Origin: Elusimicrobiota bacterium
GTDB lineage: Bacteria > Elusimicrobiota > UBA5214 > JBBAAG01
Assembly (NCBI GenBank): GCA_041658405.1
Contig: JBBAAG010000006.1
Location: 6,004 to 70,003, forward strand
Direction of reading: 5' to 3'
Length of the DNA stretch: 64,000 bases
A model generated the notes under the pieces. That model was not told the origin of the DNA and ran no database searches. It worked only from the letters and a program-made list of their open reading frames with translations. The position numbers and the translations under genes were made by a program. This document shows, piece by piece, positions 7,501-15,203 of this stretch; within the stretch, counting starts at the first letter, position 1, and each line of letters starts with the position of its first letter.

Positions 7501-10165
7501 TGGAAATGGTAGTATAGGGAATTTTAGTACTTCTACAAATGTTATTCCGGTAGGTGTAAATGGCCATTCTAGTGTTGTTTACAATGGTTATTTATATATT
7601 ACAGCGGGTAATATGATATATTGTGCAAATCTCAATACTGATGGAAATGTGGGGAGTTTTATTACTACATCATCAACTAGTATGCCCACGAGTTACTCTC
7701 ATCATTCCAGTGTTGTTTATAATGGTTATCTATACATTACAGCTCGTAATACGGTATATTATGCGAAACTTAATACGGAGGGTAGTATAGGAAGTTTTAG
7801 CACTTCACCAAACCTTATCCCGACATCGTTGGGGTACCATTCCAGTGTGGTTAATAACGGATATCTGTATATTACAGGTGGAAACAATGGTAGTATTCTA
7901 AATACGATATATTATGCAAAAATTAACTGTGACGGTAGTATTGCTTCATTTCAGACGAATAGTAATACCATTCCCAGTCATTTGGATAGACATTCCAGTG
8001 TGGTTTATAACGGATATTTATATATTACAGGAGGTAATGGCGGCATAAGTTTGCTTAATACGGTATATTATGCGAAACTCAATGCCGATGGCAGTGTGGA
8101 AAGTTTTAATATTTCCTCAAACACTATTCCTACTTCGTTGTTTGCACATTCCAGTGTAGTGAATAACGGTTATTTATATGTTACCGGAGGATGTATTGGC
8201 GTTCCTACCAACTTAAACACCGTATATCTTGCGAAACTCAATGCTGATGGTAGTATAGGAAGTTTTAGTACTTTACCAAACACTATCCCGACTTCGTTGT
8301 ATGACCATTCCAGTGTAGTGAATAACGGCTATTTATATATTACCGGAGGGAGGAATAGTGAGCATGATGGCGTCGGTTTCAACACCATGTATTATTCCGC
8401 GTTTACTAATCTAACTAGTGGTTATGTGATTTCTTCATCGTTTCCAATCGATAATACTGACGAAACTTCGCCAACTGTACCGAGTTATATTTGGGATGGG
8501 ACAGGTGCTGATGTTGATACAACGCTATCACTTACGACATTATCCGCAAACTGGGGTACGTCGTACGACCCGGAGTCAGGAATTTCAAAATATTGGTATG
8601 CTATTGGTTTGACACAGGGAACGACAGATTTTGTCGAATGGACTGATGTTGGTCTTTCAACCTATGTCGTGAAAACAGAATTAACATTATCGTTAGGTAC
8701 AACATACTATTTCAGCGTCAAATCTGAAAACGGTTCTGGATTACAAAGTACTGCAACTGTTTCCGATGGAATATTAATAATCGGTGATATCACTCAACCA
8801 ACTAGACCAAGTTACATTTGGGACGGATTGGGAAACGACATTGATTTGTCAGTATCAACCACCACATTATCCGCGAACTGGGGTACGTCGTCCGATCCAG
8901 AGTCGGGAATCGCAAAATATTGGTACGCTATCGGTACAACACCAGGAACGACGGACTATCTCGACTGGACTGACATCGGATTGTCAACATATGTTATCAG
9001 AACAGGTTTAAACTTGAATTTTGGAACGACATATTATTTCACCGTAAAATCAGAGAACGGCGCGGGGTTGCAAAGCTCATTCCGTGTTTCCGATGGTATA
9101 TGTGTTATTTTAATTTCTACTGGCAGCAATCCGGTTGACCTTACTCCTCCGGCAACGCCCTTAATAACGTCAACCACACATCCAGAACACGATACCACGT
9201 ACGCAAACAGTTTCGCGAGGTTTACTTTTACAATGCCCAAAAGTGATGAGTCCGGGATTAGAGGGTATTATTATTTGTTAAACGGCAACAGTTCTACCTC
9301 GGTTATTCCGGAAACCGGGATTTTTGTTACGTGGGACACGATAACGTTGTCAAACTTAACCGACGGCGTGTTGTATCTCCACGCGATAGCGATCGATAAC
9401 GCGGGTAACTGGTCTTCTGCAAACACTGCGCATTACAAGTTTACCGTACGGCTTACGATTGACCCTGCGCAGGATACTGCGTTGGTATACAGCGACGGGT
9501 TAAAGATTGACGTTCCCGCGGGTACTGTGGCTGGTACCACGAAACTCGAGGTTACGCGTCCGGATATAATCAACCTCCCCCGGGTAATTAATGATCCTCA
9601 GGTTAAAGACACGAATATTGTAGTAGAAATCAAGTTTACCGACGGAACGACGGAGTTAGCAAAAGATATTACCATAAGTATTCCGTATACCGCTAACGAC
9701 ATTCCCGGGCTGGACGAGAAAAACCTTCGCGTGTTTTATTGGCATGAAACCAAGAACGGGTGGGTGTTGATCCCGGACTCTCACGTGGATACTGCTGCGA
9801 AAAACGTTATTGCGCGGGTGAACCATTTGTCGTTATTCAAAGTTATGGAATATATTCAGGGTGAGAATACTATAGAAAACTTGTCGAACTATCCTAACCC
9901 GTTCAAAGCGGGCAATGATGCGACAAAAATACGGTATATCCTCCAGAACGATTCCAACGTAAAAATCCGTATCTACGACTTAATCGGCGACTGTGTATGG
10001 GAACAAAACGTTGTTGCTGGGACTGTCGGGTCAAGCCTCGCGGGGCCGAACGAAGTGTACTGGGACGGTAGAAACAGCGCAGGCGATATTGTGGATATCG
10101 GGTCGTATATCTGTGTTGTTGAAGCAAGCGGCGTAGTGTTGAAGACGAGGATTGGAGTGAAATAG
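4556..10165 (+). CDS. 1869-aa secreted multidomain protein: signal peptide, Ig-like modules, two Kelch-type beta-propellers, three Fn3-like domains (two in tandem), C-terminal T9SS-type/FlgD-Ig-like sorting domain
   Basis: It starts 10 nt after the anti-sigma gene. Signal peptide KLLLLILITLIPVNVYS. Six or seven Kelch-like blades (HSSVVYNGYLYITGG...YYAKLNADGSIGSF) occur twice. Three Fn3-like modules follow. The C-terminus reads NYPNPFKAG...KIRIYDLIGDCVWEQ...GVK, typical of T9SS CTDs. Confidence 0.85.
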   Translation: MDRKYMKFRRKLLLLILITLIPVNVYSLGSTPTVTIDSIVGSSGTIRVNYTAYDTDGDSVTTTEWQYSRDNVNWNDISEDTIRNNYYKTPGTSYVNWVSTLFLSGFYDDSMWFRMKVVDNSGNGDINNFVYSLNKVPIPSYGHNAVVNKNRIYLIGGNSNSGHLDTVYNTTINSDGNIGEWFLSANRIPQESCLHSSTLYNNYLYVTGGEPYGNDNVFYTKIHDDGSISSFQTSAHKIPTGVMGHSCVAYNGYLYIIGGLDSNVHAVDKIYYAKINNSNGSIQDFQTSTITLPIPLYYLSGTVYNGYVYITGGKNNSVNSFKVYYARLSDDGSIGSFNEANSMAIEQHSSVIYNDCLYLVGGGRIYYAKINNSGVLNTFAIITSTISLQQAFCIAKNNKIYVVGGYISSNLYPSDTVYYANIQSGLVTQDYSNTFSLLINNNDSPIVTLNASTGIQTTSDINISYTITDTFADNLSLYCEYSTDGGANWIRATVNGTTSYYNVVSASGTVIWKSQVDLGVSVSTFTVRFRITPSDSQILGTPVSTSDFGVDNRHNPILTISGISDNMKEPSGVIKISYTSVDPDGNNLQTSNWQYSRDNVTWYDISSSAITNNELKPLGASYILWNTQSGTNNLNLVEDASVWYRMKLTDGVFYSCYQTTGPFAVDNYVKPVITLSNISGEVTSNTITFNYTITAAPDENLSLLCEYSANNGTDWSPAIINSSTYNITSGQFSGNLVWNCVGNISSGTDNSNIYFRVTPYGRALGLATTSNLIHVDYNTPPAVVVNDIFSVVRDTVAITYTLSDTNNDVLSIVCQYSTNGGSTWKPATVVGSTANIDSSHYSGSLVWYSNLDEPNINVTTTKFKIVPYDNDQGTADDTINFQVENVAEPPSVTITSVEGTNGTIKINYTVSDPDPGEQVTTTKWQYSTTSSTGPWYDIDSEYISNNFYKPVGTSYIQWNSLVALNGVYDDSIWFKMKVVDNSGNGSIGNFSTSTNVIPVGVNGHSSVVYNGYLYITAGNMIYCANLNTDGNVGSFITTSSTSMPTSYSHHSSVVYNGYLYITARNTVYYAKLNTEGSIGSFSTSPNLIPTSLGYHSSVVNNGYLYITGGNNGSILNTIYYAKINCDGSIASFQTNSNTIPSHLDRHSSVVYNGYLYITGGNGGISLLNTVYYAKLNADGSVESFNISSNTIPTSLFAHSSVVNNGYLYVTGGCIGVPTNLNTVYLAKLNADGSIGSFSTLPNTIPTSLYDHSSVVNNGYLYITGGRNSEHDGVGFNTMYYSAFTNLTSGYVISSSFPIDNTDETSPTVPSYIWDGTGADVDTTLSLTTLSANWGTSYDPESGISKYWYAIGLTQGTTDFVEWTDVGLSTYVVKTELTLSLGTTYYFSVKSENGSGLQSTATVSDGILIIGDITQPTRPSYIWDGLGNDIDLSVSTTTLSANWGTSSDPESGIAKYWYAIGTTPGTTDYLDWTDIGLSTYVIRTGLNLNFGTTYYFTVKSENGAGLQSSFRVSDGICVILISTGSNPVDLTPPATPLITSTTHPEHDTTYANSFARFTFTMPKSDESGIRGYYYLLNGNSSTSVIPETGIFVTWDTITLSNLTDGVLYLHAIAIDNAGNWSSANTAHYKFTVRLTIDPAQDTALVYSDGLKIDVPAGTVAGTTKLEVTRPDIINLPRVINDPQVKDTNIVVEIKFTDGTTELAKDITISIPYTANDIPGLDEKNLRVFYWHETKNGWVLIPDSHVDTAAKNVIARVNHLSLFKVMEYIQGENTIENLSNYPNPFKAGNDATKIRYILQNDSNVKIRIYDLIGDCVWEQNVVAGTVGSSLAGPNEVYWDGRNSAGDIVDIGSYICVVEASGVVLKTRIGVK
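4943..5850 (+). repeat. Kelch-type beta-propeller repeat array 1 (coding repeats)
   Basis: Repeated YLIGG/YVTGG/YIIGG...YYAKIN..GSI..F blades about 45-50 aa apart, preceded by an Ig-like module (WQYSRDNVNW). Confidence 0.6.
7561..8400 (+). repeat. Kelch-type beta-propeller repeat array 2 (6 blades of about 144-156 nt)
   Basis: Six near-identical units HSSVV(Y/N)NGYLYITGG...YYAKLN(A/T)DGSIGSF..N.IPTSL. The Ig-like module at 7221-7540 is about 60% identical to the one at 4636-4945, which indicates an internal duplication of module plus propeller. Confidence 0.7.
8471..9124 (+). repeat. tandem Fn3-like domain duplication (2 x 327 nt)
   Basis: PTVPSYIWDGTGADVDT...YYFSVKSENGSGLQSTATVSDGILI and PTRPSYIWDGLGNDIDL...YYFTVKSENGAGLQSSFRVSDGICV are roughly 70% identical. 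Confidence 0.7.
9878..10165 (+). other. T9SS-type C-terminal sorting domain (Por_Secre_tail/FlgD-Ig-like) of the 1869-aa protein
   Basis: NLSNYPNPFKAGNDATKIRYILQNDSNVKIRIYDLIGDCVWEQ...GSYICVVEASGVVLKTRIGVK follows the YPNPFN...V.L.IYD..G..V...G.Y CTD pattern. Confidence 0.6.
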
Positions 10166-10190
10166 TTTACTCAAGAAACTCGAAAATATT

Positions 10191-12200
10191 ATGAAAAAAG
10201 TATTGGCGTGGCTATTATTAATATCGGTTTGTGTTACGTGGTCTTCCGCGGCGGAGAATACCGGCGGGTTGCCCGGATACTTTCTTAACCTCGGTATTGG
10301 TACGCGCGTGTTGGGCATGGGCCGCGCGGGGACTGCTGTAGCGGATGATATCAGCGCGTTGTACTGGAACCCCGCAGGGTTGCGACAGATGCGGAATCTA
10401 GAGCTTATGTTTAACCACAACGAGTTGTTTGAGTTGACAAAGTATGAATGTATTGGAGTGGCAGTGCCGACGAAGTATAACTGGTCTTTTGGGTTAGGGC
10501 TAGTCCAAATGTTTTCCCCGGGTACGGTAAAACGTGACTATTTTAATACCGTTACCGGCGAGGTCAGCGACGTTAACAGCGCGTTGTTGTTTTCAAACGC
10601 GTTTTCTGTAACCGATAAATTACAGTTAGGTATTGGGACAAAGGTTGTGAACAAAAAGTTTGACGATATCGACTCCACATGGCTGGGGTTCGATTTTGGC
10701 GCGTTGTATACACTCACGGAAATTGTGAGGGTGGGGTTGGACATACAAAACATTTTTGTTTCAAGTTTCAGGCGTTACGATACCGACTATAAAGCGCCGA
10801 TGATGACTAGGGTTGGGGTGTCGTCCAGTTTGTTGGATAACGCTCTTATACTCACCGCCGACCTTGAACTTACCTCGTCGCAGTATTTGAAAATATATTG
10901 TGGCGCAGAATACCGAGTGTGGAACATTATGATGTTGCGTTTGGGGTACGATAGCAACAACCTTACAGCCGGGTTTGGCGTTGTGGTAAACAACTTCTTG
11001 TTTGACTACGCAATGCTCAGCCATACGTTAGGGTTAAGCCATCGCGCAGCGGTGACGTACCGGTTTGGAAAATACAAAAACATTACTCTCCCGGCCAAAG
11101 TTGATATTATCGTTCCGAAGAAAAAGATTGATTACGCAGTTACGGTTAACACAATGAAAGAAATACCTGTTGCGGTTTACCATTTGTTTGACGCGAAAAA
11201 TGTTGCTGTAACAAGTATCAATATCACTAATAGTACTAAGAAAGAAGTTAAGTTTAGCGTGTCAGCGCGTATAGATATCAAGAAAAGTGATGAGTTCTGG
11301 GAAGTAGTTGTCCCGCCCGGGGAAACAAAAGAACTGAATATTGTTCCATCTCTCACGCGAGAGGAAGTAAGAGCGGTCGAAGTTGTTCCTACTCTTAGCA
11401 AAATATCGGTGGAAGTGTATAAACTAAATGCTAAAGGTAAACCCGCGCTTTTGTTGCATAACATGTTACCCGTTACATTGTTGCCGTATGACCAGTTTGT
11501 CCAGGAAATTGTTGATGCGAAAAACGTGAAGTACGATATGATTGACACGCTTGCTACGTGGGTGACGTATAACGACAGGAGTTTGACGGACGTAATATCT
11601 AAAGCAAGCGAAAAAGGCGCGGCGAGTGTTCCACCGATAAAAATTGTGGGCGTCCAATCCCCTCATTTGTTTACCCGTCCTACTCCGGATTCAAGGTCAG
11701 TAGAAGAAAAGGATCAGGATTATTTAACGCAGGTAAAACTGATTTACGATACGTTAAAAGATAATTACGGGATGACATATATTAACCAGCCGATAGCGTA
11801 TGGTTTCTCACAACGCATAAAGTTGCCGTCTGAAGTGTTGAAGAATAAAGGCAACTGCGTAGAATTAGCAGTGCTGTTCTCGAGCTTGCTGGAAAGTATC
11901 GAGCTGGACCCCATAATATTGTTGTCAATCGAAGACGGCCACGCGGTGGTCGGCTGGCGAGTGGCTGGTGAAGAAAAAGATGTTTATCATTTGATGGAGA
12001 CCAGTTTGTTCGGCGAAGATTTTGATAAAGTGTTGAATCAAGGCAATGCGTTGATCGAACAGTACGGATTACAGCCAGAGTTTGCCGGCAAAATATCCTT
12101 TAACGCTAACGGCGTTTACAAAAAAGACGGCGATGTGTTGGTTTTAGATATTAAAAAAATCCATTCCTTTATTCCACCTAGTCCAAATATTTTGAGATGA
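10191..12200 (+). CDS. secreted fusion protein: N-terminal PorV/PorQ-like (FadL-like) outer-membrane beta-barrel, Ig-like linkers, C-terminal transglutaminase-like Cys-His domain
   Basis: Signal peptide MKKVLAWLLLISVCVTWSSA. GTRVLGMGRAGTAVADDISALYWNPAGL matches the PorV/PorQ family N-terminal signature. The C-terminus KGNCVELAVLFSSLLESIELDPIILLSIEDGHAVVGWRV is a transglutaminase-core Cys...His arrangement. Confidence 0.6.
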   Translation: MKKVLAWLLLISVCVTWSSAAENTGGLPGYFLNLGIGTRVLGMGRAGTAVADDISALYWNPAGLRQMRNLELMFNHNELFELTKYECIGVAVPTKYNWSFGLGLVQMFSPGTVKRDYFNTVTGEVSDVNSALLFSNAFSVTDKLQLGIGTKVVNKKFDDIDSTWLGFDFGALYTLTEIVRVGLDIQNIFVSSFRRYDTDYKAPMMTRVGVSSSLLDNALILTADLELTSSQYLKIYCGAEYRVWNIMMLRLGYDSNNLTAGFGVVVNNFLFDYAMLSHTLGLSHRAAVTYRFGKYKNITLPAKVDIIVPKKKIDYAVTVNTMKEIPVAVYHLFDAKNVAVTSINITNSTKKEVKFSVSARIDIKKSDEFWEVVVPPGETKELNIVPSLTREEVRAVEVVPTLSKISVEVYKLNAKGKPALLLHNMLPVTLLPYDQFVQEIVDAKNVKYDMIDTLATWVTYNDRSLTDVISKASEKGAASVPPIKIVGVQSPHLFTRPTPDSRSVEEKDQDYLTQVKLIYDTLKDNYGMTYINQPIAYGFSQRIKLPSEVLKNKGNCVELAVLFSSLLESIELDPIILLSIEDGHAVVGWRVAGEEKDVYHLMETSLFGEDFDKVLNQGNALIEQYGLQPEFAGKISFNANGVYKKDGDVLVLDIKKIHSFIPPSPNILR

Positions 12201-12277
12201 TACCCTCCCCTATAAAAAATAAATATCGCCAATAATCTATATGTATTGTAAAATACATCATGCAATAGGGGGATTTT

Positions 12278-14392
12278 ATGATATTGATACAAACAATATT
12301 GACTGCTGCAGTATTATTATTGACTACAATCTCAGGTTTTGCTGAATCAAAAGATTTTACGTTTATCCAGCTTACTGACGGGCATATGGAAAAAGGCGCG
12401 GTGTACCTATCGTCGACTATTGCCGAGATTAACAAGCTAACACCCGCGCCGGAGTTCGCGGTATTCACCGGCGATTTCGCGAATTACGGAACCGTACGTG
12501 AGTTCGATAAGTATGCGCAGATAATGGATGGACTTAACTATAAGTACTACACGGTTCTTGGTAATCACGAGACACAGAATAACGATGTCGGGTACTATAC
12601 GTACCAGCAACGTTACGGCAGTCCATACCATTCGTTCGACCACAACGGTATCCATTTTGTGTTACTCAACACCGGAGTGTCTTCAACCGGTGCAGGGTTT
12701 ATCACAGCTGCGCAGCTGGAGTGGTTGCGTTCTGACCTACAAAAAATAGGAACACAAATGCCGGTATTCCTGTTCTCCCACCACCTGCCAACGGATAGAG
12801 GTATTGGCAATAACGTGGAGGTTTATCAGGTGATTAAAGATTATAATATCCGCGCGTGGTTCACCGGGCATTTACATGCAACAAGGCATTTTATATGGAA
12901 TGGTATTCACGTGTTGGTAACCAAAGACACGCTTACCTGCGGCTATCGTATCATTCAGGTAAAAGGGGATAAGGTGTTCACTTATAACAAAGAAGTCGAT
13001 AAGCCTGAATCACCGGATAAAGTGGTGATTGGCCTGTATACAAAAAAATCTGCGCCCGAGTACGAACTCATATCTCCGGGGTATCAGGTTGATACTGCAA
13101 CGTCCATTACTTGTGCGGTTAAGTTTTCAACATTAACACTTACCGCAGTGAAAGCGTCCCTTCGCGCGAAGGTGGACCGCGATACAACATACACGCTTGT
13201 GTACTCTACGATAACACAGTTGTGGCAACAAAACATTCCAGTGATTCAGGGGAATCATACGTTGATAATACAGATGGTACTCACTGAGAAAACAACGTTT
13301 TATTCCGGCAACGTAGTGTCTACCGGCACAATAGGGTATATTTGGGAAAAATCTTATAACTTTACCGTCGGAGATAACGCAGTAGCGTGGAAGTACGCAA
13401 CTGGTGATATGGTGATATCAGCGCCGGTGGTTGAAAATGGAAATGTTTACTGCGGTTCAGCAGATGGAACAATGTATTGTTTATCTGCGAGTACCGGCGG
13501 AGTGAAGTGGAAATACGCAACTAACGGCATAATCTCCGGTGATCCTGTCATTTATAAGGACAAACTTATATTTGGTTCTCATGACGGTAATGTTTATGTG
13601 TTGGATAAAACCGCGGGGGCGTTGTACTGGAAATACACGAGTACTGTGCCGGTATATTCCACGCCGGTAGTAGCTGAGTCAAAGGATGGGGATTTTAATA
13701 ACACGCGGATCGTTGTTGCGCATGGAAACGGATTAATAGCAGGGCTTTCCTTTACCGACGGGACGGTATTGTGGCGATACAATACAAAATATGCGGTATC
13801 AATTTGCCCGGCATATAACCGTGAAAACGGTACCGTTTATTTCGGCGGGTGGGATGGGTATACCCGCGGGATTTCTGTTTCCACAGGCGGTGTGGTATGG
13901 TCCCGTCGTATTTATCGCGGAATGTGGGGCGCACCGGGGTCGAACTCGCCGGTGATTGACGGGGATAAACTGTACCTCAACGATATCGGTAAAGTGTACG
14001 CGTTAACCTTGTCCTCCGGCAGTACGGTATGGAGTTCGACTGTTACACATAGCACGTCAAAACCTGTGATTTATGGAGATAAAGTTATCGTATGTTCTTC
14101 TGACAATAAAGTACAGGCGTATGATAAAAGTACTGGCGCGTTGTTATGGCGGGTACAAGCTAAGCATGGGATCCACCGCGCACAACCGGTGATTTACAAC
14201 GATTATCTTGTGATATCCACATCCTGGGGTACGGTACATATTATGAATCCCGATACCGGCAAAATTGTGTATAATTACCAATTATCTGATTATCAGGTAA
14301 CATCAACACCGTGTATAATGTCAGGTAAGCTTTATATTGGCTCTTCTGACAAAAACGTGTATGCGGTTGAGCTTGATAGAATTATGAAGTAA
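12278..14392 (+). CDS. secreted calcineurin-like metallophosphoesterase fused to a PQQ/BamB-like beta-propeller
   Basis: Signal peptide. MPE motifs are LTDGHM, FTGDFANYG, LGNHE and GHLHATRH. The C-terminal PQQ-type repeats include AWKYATGDMVISAPVV, CLSASTGGVKWKY and VLDKTAGALYWKY. 704 aa. Confidence 0.75.
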   Translation: MILIQTILTAAVLLLTTISGFAESKDFTFIQLTDGHMEKGAVYLSSTIAEINKLTPAPEFAVFTGDFANYGTVREFDKYAQIMDGLNYKYYTVLGNHETQNNDVGYYTYQQRYGSPYHSFDHNGIHFVLLNTGVSSTGAGFITAAQLEWLRSDLQKIGTQMPVFLFSHHLPTDRGIGNNVEVYQVIKDYNIRAWFTGHLHATRHFIWNGIHVLVTKDTLTCGYRIIQVKGDKVFTYNKEVDKPESPDKVVIGLYTKKSAPEYELISPGYQVDTATSITCAVKFSTLTLTAVKASLRAKVDRDTTYTLVYSTITQLWQQNIPVIQGNHTLIIQMVLTEKTTFYSGNVVSTGTIGYIWEKSYNFTVGDNAVAWKYATGDMVISAPVVENGNVYCGSADGTMYCLSASTGGVKWKYATNGIISGDPVIYKDKLIFGSHDGNVYVLDKTAGALYWKYTSTVPVYSTPVVAESKDGDFNNTRIVVAHGNGLIAGLSFTDGTVLWRYNTKYAVSICPAYNRENGTVYFGGWDGYTRGISVSTGGVVWSRRIYRGMWGAPGSNSPVIDGDKLYLNDIGKVYALTLSSGSTVWSSTVTHSTSKPVIYGDKVIVCSSDNKVQAYDKSTGALLWRVQAKHGIHRAQPVIYNDYLVISTSWGTVHIMNPDTGKIVYNYQLSDYQVTSTPCIMSGKLYIGSSDKNVYAVELDRIMK

Positions 14393-14412
14393 TTGAAGGG
14401 GGAAGTACGGAA

Positions 14413-15156
14413 ATGCTTATCATAGGCCATCGCGGGTCAAGTTTTATCGCGCCGGAGAATACGTTAGCGTCAATTAATCTTGCATGGAAACAAGGAGCGG
14501 ATGCGGTTGAGATTGATATTAGGTTGACAAAAGACGGGCGTGTGGTTGCAAGCCATGACGCAAGCGCGTTAAGGATGGCTGGTGTGGATCTTACAATCGC
14601 AACCTCAACTTTCGCGGAATTACGCGCATTGGACTTCGGGAAAGTTAAGGATGAGAAGTATAAAGGCGAAACTATACCTTCACTTGAAGAAATTATTGAT
14701 ACTATCCCCGCAGGTAAGGTTTTGGTGGTAGAAATAAAAGCCGGGCTTGAGATTCTTAATGAATACTGCCGGATTGTTAATTCCAGCAGTAAGAAAGCGC
14801 AGGTATTGAGTATCGGGTTCGGGTACGAAACTATGGTTGAATGTAAGAAGATGATGCCTGATAATATTGCGTTGTATTTGGTTAGTACAAAAAAAGATAA
14901 GGATACCGGTATTTATGCGCCGTATGATATTGATGCGGTAATCGCAAAAACGGTAGAAGGTAAACTCGACGGGCTTGATGTTCATTATGTACCCGTGAAT
15001 TCCGAGTTTGTAGATAAAACTCTTGACGCAAACCTGCAGTTATACGTATGGACAGTGAATGAAGTAGTTGAAGCGCAGAGGCTAGATTCTATTGGAGTGG
15101 ATGGGTTGACGACGGATAAGCCGGATGTTATGCTGCGTAATCTCAATCGTAGATAG
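14413..15156 (+). CDS. glycerophosphodiester phosphodiesterase (GDPD family)
   Basis: LIIGHRGSSFIAPENTLASI...AVEIDIRLTKDGRVVASHD is the canonical GDPD HR(G)...E(N)T...E.D...DG..V..HD motif set. 247 aa. Confidence 0.8.
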   Translation: MLIIGHRGSSFIAPENTLASINLAWKQGADAVEIDIRLTKDGRVVASHDASALRMAGVDLTIATSTFAELRALDFGKVKDEKYKGETIPSLEEIIDTIPAGKVLVVEIKAGLEILNEYCRIVNSSSKKAQVLSIGFGYETMVECKKMMPDNIALYLVSTKKDKDTGIYAPYDIDAVIAKTVEGKLDGLDVHYVPVNSEFVDKTLDANLQLYVWTVNEVVEAQRLDSIGVDGLTTDKPDVMLRNLNRR

Positions 15157-15203
15157 GTGTGTGAGTATAATTTAATAAATTTGAGTATAAACCGGAGGAC
15201 AAC

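Noticed and set aside
7561-8400. Regular roughly 150-nt periodic DNA repeats that could superficially suggest a CRISPR-like array
   Set aside because: The repeats are long, divergent and in frame. They encode Kelch propeller blades. There are no short identical direct repeats with unique spacers.
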